The translations under genes were made by a program, and so were the position numbers. DNA of 64,000 bases, from the NCBI GenBank assembly GCA_036630325.1, contig CP142737.1, positions 186,001-250,000 of the forward strand, in the 5' to 3' direction. Below, in pieces: positions 57,408-64,000 of the stretch. Each line of letters begins with the position of its first letter. Position 1 is the stretch's first letter. This DNA comes from Vairimorpha necatrix. Its lineage: Eukaryota. The notes beneath the pieces were generated by a model, which saw nothing but the letters and a program-made list of their open reading frames with translations, was not told the DNA's origin and did not search any database.

Positions 57408-59288
57408 ATGACAGATACAAAAAAGTTGGATTTTCTTCAGTATTTGTTAATTCACAAATATAATCAAAAAATCCCCACCAACGAAGAAAAAAGTCTAGAA
57501 AATTATCTCAAAGATTTATCTATCAGTAAAGATCTCGATATTCCTAAAGATATTAATTTACAAGACTTACTAAATCCAGATCCTTTAAACATAAAGCAGA
57601 CCCTGTTTAATCTCAATGACTCTCTAGATTCCTCTAATAATTTAGTAAATGACATAATTTTCTGTCTTATAAATTCAGACCCACTCACTTTGAAGATTTT
57701 CAAGGACAAAGATCTTCCCCTCTCAAATCTCAGAAATATTTACGACTCCGCTTTCAAATCCAACAAGCCTTTTCTTAAGAATTTCAATACTAAAGATAAA
57801 AAGCCAAAAGAACCAAAGAATCAAGTTTCTTCTCCCCTGGTGACTCGTTTCTGCCCAGAGCCCTCTGGCTGTCTTCACATTGGTCATGTCAAGGCTCTTC
57901 TTGTGAATTACAATCTTGCCACTAATTCTAATGGTAAGTTATTATTGAGATTTGATGATACTAATCCTATTAAGGATTATGAGAGATACGAGAAAGAAAT
58001 ACTTAAAGATTTAAAAACACTGAATATTTCTGTGTCTAGTATCACTCACAGTAGTGATTATTTTGATTATTTAGTAGATAAAGCTTTATTTTTAATTAAT
58101 AGAAATTTGGCTTATGTCGATGACACAGACCAAGAGACAATGAGAAATGAAAGGTTCAATGGAATAGAATCAAAATCAAGGAATAATACTGTAGACTACA
58201 ATTTAGAGATATTTAATAAAATGTTACAAGGAGAAATAAGCACTTTTTGTTTAAGGGCCAAGATAGATATGTCAAATTTGAATAAGACGATGAGAGACCC
58301 AGTAATCTACAGATGCACTAATAAAGAACATTGTAGAAATGACAAGTACAAAGCATACCCGACTTATGATTTCGTGTGCCCATTAATTGACTCTTTAGAA
58401 GGAGTGACACTTGTGGCCAGAGCTGACGAGTACAAAGATAGAAATGAACAATACAAGTGGTTTCTGAATGTTTTAAATTTAGACAGTGTTTTATTAAGAG
58501 ATTTCTCTAAATTAAATCTGGCTGATACTTTACTAAGTAAAAGGAAGATAGAGAAATTAATACAAGATAAAGAAGTCTCAGGCTGGGATGACCCGAGATT
58601 GTCTACAGTACAAGGAATAAAGAGACTTGGTCTAGAAATGAATACCCTTAAAGAATATATAAATTTACAAGGGTCATCAAATAAGACTAATATTATAACA
58701 TGGGATAAGATATGGGCCATGAATAAGAAGATGATAGACCCAGTAAGCCCCAGATTCATGGCAGTACCCAGAGAAGGGTGTTTTAGAATTAAGATTAATA
58801 ATCTAGATAAGGATTTTTATAGAGAAATCCCTTTACATAAAAAGAATCCTTCTTTAGGAAATAAAAGAGTCTTTTTTTCTGGGTCTCTCCTCATTTCTCT
58901 GGAAGATGCCTTGTCTTTAGAAATTAATGAAGAATTTACACTTATGAATTGGGGAAATGCGATAGTAAAAGAGAAGATTATGAATGAGAAGATTATTAAA
59001 GTAGATTTAAATCTAGAAGGAGATTATAAATCTACTAGTAGTAAAATATCCTGGATTTCTGAATTGGGGAGTGTTTTAGTAAAGACAGTGGAGTATGAGA
59101 ATATTCTGAAGAATGACGAGATCAATCCTGACTCTAAGAAGGAGATCTTTTATTATGCGGAGGAAGCAGTGATTTTCTTAAAATTAGAAAGACATTTACA
59201 ATTTGAAAGAATAGGGTTTTATTATCAAGATAGTCCTTTTATATTTCATTTAGTCCCCACAACCAAGCAGAGAAGAAATCTAAAATAA
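57408..59288 (+). CDS. GUS1: Glutamyl-tRNA synthetase, cytoplasmic
   Basis: VTRFCPEPSGCLHIGH, LRFDDTNP, MRDPVIYR, YPTYDF, LSKRK, GWDDPRL, QFERIGFY. ACCCCATAA precedes the ATG. Confidence 0.95.
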   Translation: MTDTKKLDFLQYLLIHKYNQKIPTNEEKSLENYLKDLSISKDLDIPKDINLQDLLNPDPLNIKQTLFNLNDSLDSSNNLVNDIIFCLINSDPLTLKIFKDKDLPLSNLRNIYDSAFKSNKPFLKNFNTKDKKPKEPKNQVSSPLVTRFCPEPSGCLHIGHVKALLVNYNLATNSNGKLLLRFDDTNPIKDYERYEKEILKDLKTLNISVSSITHSSDYFDYLVDKALFLINRNLAYVDDTDQETMRNERFNGIESKSRNNTVDYNLEIFNKMLQGEISTFCLRAKIDMSNLNKTMRDPVIYRCTNKEHCRNDKYKAYPTYDFVCPLIDSLEGVTLVARADEYKDRNEQYKWFLNVLNLDSVLLRDFSKLNLADTLLSKRKIEKLIQDKEVSGWDDPRLSTVQGIKRLGLEMNTLKEYINLQGSSNKTNIITWDKIWAMNKKMIDPVSPRFMAVPREGCFRIKINNLDKDFYREIPLHKKNPSLGNKRVFFSGSLLISLEDALSLEINEEFTLMNWGNAIVKEKIMNEKIIKVDLNLEGDYKSTSSKISWISELGSVLVKTVEYENILKNDEINPDSKKEIFYYAEEAVIFLKLERHLQFERIGFYYQDSPFIFHLVPTTKQRRNLK

Positions 59289-59434
59289 ATATACTTGATT
59301 AACTTAATAAAATATTTAAATTTGGTATAATAGTTTAATTTAAAATAAAATAAGACATTTATACATAATTAAATATTTACAAAATACAGTTTTTACATAA
59401 TTAAATATTTATTTTATTTATTTTCCCTTTTAAA

Positions 59435-59860
59435 ATGAAGGAAGAAATAACTAAAAATGAAAATATTAGTGACGAAGAATCAGAAGCACTAGATTTAAAT
59501 ACTTCAGACTCAGAATACAATGAAGACTTCTCTAAATACCAAGGGGCTATTGATGATCTCCCTGAGGAGGAACTCCTCAGGTATGAGACATTTAGAAGAT
59601 CAAATTTCCCTAAAAATGTAGTGAAGAAATTTATAGCCTCAGTCATCGGCCAGGCTGTAAATCCGAATTTGGTCATAGCAGTCAGTGGACTGGCGAAGAT
59701 CTACGTGGGGGAGATGGTGGAATTAGCCAAGGAAATACAAAAAGAGAAGAATGAAGAGGGGGCGCTTCTTCCTTCTCATATTCATGAGGCCCATAGAAGA
59801 ATGTATGGGAAGATCCCTCACACTACAGTTTTTAAGCAAGCCCCATGGGATCAACATTAG
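59435..59860 (+). CDS. TAF11: TFIID subunit TAF11
   Basis: RYETFRRSNF, IAVSGLAKIYVGEMVE, LLPSHIHEAHRR histone fold. Confidence 0.93.
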   Translation: MKEEITKNENISDEESEALDLNTSDSEYNEDFSKYQGAIDDLPEEELLRYETFRRSNFPKNVVKKFIASVIGQAVNPNLVIAVSGLAKIYVGEMVELAKEIQKEKNEEGALLPSHIHEAHRRMYGKIPHTTVFKQAPWDQH

Positions 59861-60033
59861 AATTAAACTATATATATTTAATAATACTAATATATTTTAT
59901 ATATTAAATATAGTATTATTATTATACTATATTTAATATAGTGTAATTATTATAAATATTGTTTTCTTCTTATTATCTAATCGTACTATATAAAATATTA
60001 TTATTATATAAAATATTATATATATAAGTTATT

Positions 60034-63000
60034 TTAACTTGTATTAATTTCTAATTGCTTAAATTCTTCTATGTGTTTTATGTCTTCTATAAACTTTTCA
60101 TTAAATCCAAATTTGTTATACATAAATCTCATTACTTCTTTATTCGTCTCCGCCCTAAGTAACTTAAGGAATATCGTCTCTCTACTTCTATCTTTAAGAA
60201 GTGGGTTAAAGAACTCTATAAACTTATCATATCCTTCTACACTACTACTAATCTTCTCATAAACTACAGTAGTAATAAAATGACTACTCTCTGATAAATT
60301 AATAATAATATTCCTACTAATATTCTTAATCTCTTCATTCTCATCATAAATCAAATTAGTAAGATAAACAGAATTAGAACCAAGTCTGAGAATATTCCTC
60401 CTTAGTAAATTATAAATAGTCAGGAGGGAATTCTTCCTTACAGAAATGTCTTCATCTTGTAAACAGTCAAATAATAATTTAGTGTCATTTTCTACTAAGG
60501 AATTGTAAGACAGAAGGAAGTCGCCCATGGCAATGACAGCATTGGCTCTAATTTTGAGATTTCTATTAGTGAAAGATTTAAGGAATAAAATCTTATGTTC
60601 TAGGAAATATTCTGAACTTATACACATAAGCATAAATAAAGCCAAGTGACTTACTTCTTCCAAATCAACATTACTAATATTAATAGATTTGTCTTGATTA
60701 AATTTGTCTTGATTAGATTTGTCTTGATTAGTCTTGTCTTGATTAAATTTGTCTTGAATAGATTTGTCTTGATTAGATTTTTCTTGATTATTATTATCAT
60801 GGTTTTCAGTATAATTAGATTTGTCTTGATTAGATTTGTCATGGTTTTCTCTATTATTAATATTATTTGTAATGAAATTGGGTATCATTTGACTGAATTC
60901 ATAAAGTAAACTCTCTTTGTTATACAAAATATCATGCTCTTTTAAATAAAAGAAGAAATCTGAGATTTCTTCTTCTGTTTTATCTTCTAATAAATCTTCT
61001 GATTCCTTAAAAATCTTTGATTTTTCTTCATCTTCTTCTAAAAAAGATTGTAAACTGATTCTTGACGCATTTATACTCTTCCTTCTCTCTTTAATTTCTT
61101 CAGGTACTGTCATATTAATCTTCTCTTTCTTATTTTTATATACTTTCTCTAATATCTCTAAATATTTCATATGACTAATTCCTATACATCCGACACTATA
61201 CACTAATTTTAATAAATTAATATTCTTATGACTCATCTTAACAAACAAAATCTTAATAAAATGTTCAGGATTTTTACTAATTTTGTATATCAAATTTATA
61301 CTGTCTTGAATTACACAATAATCTAAAAAGATCATTTTTATTAGATTGTGTATTACAAGATTACATATTTCTGAATTATTATCTTCTTTTTTCTTTATTT
61401 TACATTTCAATATATTTGAGTAAATCTTTAATCCTTGACATAATTCTTCTGTATTTTTTACACTGAATAATATTTCAGTGACAATATTTAATAATTTAAA
61501 ATATCTTGAATTTTCTATATATCTACCTAAGCAATATAATAAATAAGAAGATGACTCTGAATATGAAGATTTACTTGACATAATTTCAGATATTAAATCT
61601 TCATAAATATTAATTATACCTCTTTTATATAATTCTCTAATTATTTTTAAATATGATTCAGAAGGTTTTTCAGTTATAAATTTCTTAAGGAAATTAATTA
61701 TTGAGATTTTTCTGGATTTTAATCTTATGATAATATCTTTAAAACAAGAAATTATTGAGTCATTTTCCCAAATCAAATCAAAAGTCTGAGAGAAGGAATC
61801 TTTAGATCCTTCTATGTCGAAATAAAGACATAATTTGACAAAATCAAGGAAGATTTGATTATCTTGTACTTGACCAGAATTTAATAAACTCATGACTTTA
61901 TCTAAGATTGATTTTATGATGTCATGGAATTCCTTTAAATCTTTATAGTATTTTATTCTATCATTATCTACATTATTATCTATTTTATCAAGATCTATTT
62001 TATCATTATTTAATTTATTATTCACATTGTCTTTTACTACATGAGTCATATTTATATTATTTTCATCTTTATTTTTTATATTATTATTCACATTGTCTTT
62101 TACTACATGAGTCATATTTATATTTTTATAATCATTATTTACTCTGTTATTTAAATGGGCTTCTTTGAGACTCTCTTCAGTTATAAAAGGATTATTAATT
62201 AATAAATTATTACAAATTGACACTGCTTTCTTTCTTACTAATACTGTCTTATCTAATATCCTCTCTCCTATACTCTTAATTATCTCATTTCTCTTCTCTA
62301 ATGGTATACTATTATTCTCAAATAATTGTCCCAACAAGGTCAGGGCTCTATATCTCACATTAAAATAAATATCATTTAATCTCTCTTTTAAAATATTCAA
62401 AATATTATTAATTTCTTCTAAATCTTCTTTATAACATTCTACTACATTATAAATTATCTCTAAATAACAATTCCTTAAATAATAATATTCTGAATCTAAA
62501 AATATATCAAAATATTTATAATTTAGAAATTTGATTTTTTGACTTTGACTCAAATTTACTAAAACTTGTCCCGTATTTTTCAATATTTGCGAATTTGTTT
62601 GTTTCACTGATGATCTAATAAATACGTCACTAATTTCTGGTATAAACATCAATATAGCATAAACTATTTCTGATGAACTTTCGTTCATCATAAAATTATA
62701 CAAATAATTAGTAATATTAATATGTTCAGAACATATTCTAATATTTTCAAGTATTAATAATTTTATCTCGTTGTTCTTTTTTTTATCTTTTGATAAATCT
62801 AAAATTAAAAAAATGATTTTTGTAATCCATTCGATTTCTTTTGAATTTTTTAGATTTTTGAAATATTCTAAAATTTCGAGAATTAAAAGATCTTCGTAAT
62901 TATTTTTTAGTTTTGTGGTTAATTGGAAAATTAAAGGGAATGATAAGGAATAATCAGAAGAGTTTTCTTTTATAAGTTTGAAGATTTTGGATTTGTTTTT

Positions 63001-63099
63001 GTAGTCGTCTGAGATGTTTATTAAAGAAGAGTATTTTTCGTAATTTTCCTCTACTTTTTGTTTATGCAGGTTTTGAATAATTTTTTCTATTTCTAACAT
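60034..63099 (-). CDS. YCS4: Condensin HEAT subunit (Ycs4/Cnd1/CAP-D2)
   Basis: LDSEYYYLRN, ERLND..VRYRAL, RILDKTVLVRKKA, LFMLMCISSEY, IRANAVIAMGD, LQDEDISVRKN. ATG 63099 follows GCCCTCATTTTTT. Confidence 0.9.
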   Translation of the reverse strand: MLEIEKIIQNLHKQKVEENYEKYSSLINISDDYKNKSKIFKLIKENSSDYSLSFPLIFQLTTKLKNNYEDLLILEILEYFKNLKNSKEIEWITKIIFLILDLSKDKKKNNEIKLLILENIRICSEHINITNYLYNFMMNESSSEIVYAILMFIPEISDVFIRSSVKQTNSQILKNTGQVLVNLSQSQKIKFLNYKYFDIFLDSEYYYLRNCYLEIIYNVVECYKEDLEEINNILNILKERLNDIYFNVRYRALTLLGQLFENNSIPLEKRNEIIKSIGERILDKTVLVRKKAVSICNNLLINNPFITEESLKEAHLNNRVNNDYKNINMTHVVKDNVNNNIKNKDENNINMTHVVKDNVNNKLNNDKIDLDKIDNNVDNDRIKYYKDLKEFHDIIKSILDKVMSLLNSGQVQDNQIFLDFVKLCLYFDIEGSKDSFSQTFDLIWENDSIISCFKDIIIRLKSRKISIINFLKKFITEKPSESYLKIIRELYKRGIINIYEDLISEIMSSKSSYSESSSYLLYCLGRYIENSRYFKLLNIVTEILFSVKNTEELCQGLKIYSNILKCKIKKKEDNNSEICNLVIHNLIKMIFLDYCVIQDSINLIYKISKNPEHFIKILFVKMSHKNINLLKLVYSVGCIGISHMKYLEILEKVYKNKKEKINMTVPEEIKERRKSINASRISLQSFLEEDEEKSKIFKESEDLLEDKTEEEISDFFFYLKEHDILYNKESLLYEFSQMIPNFITNNINNRENHDKSNQDKSNYTENHDNNNQEKSNQDKSIQDKFNQDKTNQDKSNQDKFNQDKSINISNVDLEEVSHLALFMLMCISSEYFLEHKILFLKSFTNRNLKIRANAVIAMGDFLLSYNSLVENDTKLLFDCLQDEDISVRKNSLLTIYNLLRRNILRLGSNSVYLTNLIYDENEEIKNISRNIIINLSESSHFITTVVYEKISSSVEGYDKFIEFFNPLLKDRSRETIFLKLLRAETNKEVMRFMYNKFGFNEKFIEDIKHIEEFKQLEINTS
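60684..60850 (-). repeat. Coding 15-bp minisatellite (NQDKS) in YCS4
   Basis: GATTAGATTTGTCTT variants, about 10 copies. Confidence 0.9.
62015..62124 (-). repeat. 66-bp-period duplication in YCS4 (NINMTHVVKDNVNN x2)
   Basis: TTATTATTCACATTGTCTTTTACTACATGAGTCATATTTATATT at 62015 and 62081. Confidence 0.9.
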
Positions 63100-63372
63100 A
63101 AAAAATGAGGGCATCAAAAAAGACATTTTAAAATATTATGAATAAATGTGATTTATTTATAAATTTGTAAAATCAATTTGTTTTTGCATTTACAATTTGT
63201 TTGTTTATGCAGTTATTAATTTGTTTGTTTATGCATTTACAATTTGTTTATTCTTTAGCATAAATAAAAAATACTAGTTTATTTTTTAGCATAAATAAAT
63301 ACTAGTTTATTTTTTAGTAATAAAAATGTACTGGTTTATTTATTAATACAGTACTAATAAATTTTTGATTCT

Positions 63373-63948
63373 TTATTTGTTCTTATTTATGTAACATGTA
63401 AATCCTTTATCTCGTCTCTTTATCATTATAGGTGGATCAGTCTTCCCTAGACAGTTCAATATTTCTATACATTTGTATCTCGGCACTCCGCTTTTTTTGA
63501 TTATTTCTTCCCATAAGATCCCGTCCTTGTGGCTCTCTAAAATCTCGAGTATTTTGATCAAGTGGCCTTTACTTGATTTTTTAATATTTGAATCTGCCAG
63601 GGCTCTGCTCAATAAATCATTTTTAGTATCAAATAATAAACTTGTGTCTAGCAGAGAATGAGACATGTCTGGTGGTATAATTTCTTCTATTTTGATTCTT
63701 TCTTCTTGTAAATGTTTCTTATTTATTTTACTGGTTTCTTCTTTTTTTAATATTTTGCTGACTCTTTCCAAATCTGGTGTGAGTCTTTTATAAGAGACTT
63801 TTTCTTCTTTAGTTTCTTTTTCTATAGAATATGTGTCTATTGAGACTAATAAAGATTCTAATTTATAATTAAATATTTTTAATTGTTCATTTTGTGTTTC
63901 TATTTTTTTTATTTTTGCCCTAATGTCTTTTAAGAAATTTTCAAGCAT
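63373..63948 (-). CDS. Hypothetical protein (N-terminal coiled coil, possible C-terminal winged helix)
   Basis: 191-aa ORF, GCCCTCTTTTT before the ATG. ILEILESHKDGILWEEIIKKSGVPRYKCIEILNCL looks HTH-like. Confidence 0.7.
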   Translation of the reverse strand: MLENFLKDIRAKIKKIETQNEQLKIFNYKLESLLVSIDTYSIEKETKEEKVSYKRLTPDLERVSKILKKEETSKINKKHLQEERIKIEEIIPPDMSHSLLDTSLLFDTKNDLLSRALADSNIKKSSKGHLIKILEILESHKDGILWEEIIKKSGVPRYKCIEILNCLGKTDPPIMIKRRDKGFTCYINKNK

Positions 63949-64000
63949 AAAAAGAGGGCATAAATAATATCTAAATATAATTAAAATGTCTATATTAATA

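Noticed and set aside
60684-60850. Regular short repeats suggesting a CRISPR array or telomeric repeat
   Set aside because: No unique spacers, and the 15-bp units are in frame inside YCS4.
39994-63099. Two condensin subunits within ~19 kb as a functional cluster
   Set aside because: They are separated by unrelated genes, and chance linkage is plausible in a small genome.
1-64000. Prokaryotic origin suggested by IS-like transposases and intronless genes
   Set aside because: Sec24, TAF11, condensin, E1 and LTR elements are eukaryotic, and Merlin is the eukaryotic IS1595 relative.

Overview
Very AT-rich eukaryotic DNA with compact, intronless genes and a CCC-like motif just upstream of most start codons. 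I infer a microsporidian (Nosema/Vairimorpha-like). Two gene-dense blocks flank a ~32 kb gene-poor transposon-rich region (7.4-39.9 kb). The first block (1-7.4 kb) holds UBA2-like E1, a TopBP1-like BRCT protein and PMT2. The second (40-64 kb) holds condensin Brn1, SerRS, an NTF2-domain protein, Sec24, DNA ligase I, GluRS, TAF11 and condensin Ycs4. The only clear cellular genes in the gene-poor region are three orphan, probably secreted proteins. Three Ty3/gypsy-type LTR elements have exact ends and 5-bp TSDs. (1) A non-autonomous 2.4-kb element with identical hairpin-rich 227-bp LTRs and an open gag ORF with a decayed pol; a related solo LTR lies nearby. (2) A decayed 3.1-kb element with only 49-bp LTRs and no visible protease domain. 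(3) An intact 4.4-kb element with 350-bp LTRs. There is also a Buster/Charlie-type hAT element containing element 2 and a pogo element, plus at least six Merlin (IS1595-like) relics. In all three LTR elements gag starts inside the 5' LTR behind a host-type CCC motif, so the PBS lies in coding sequence. All calls are from reading motifs by eye; no database searches were run.
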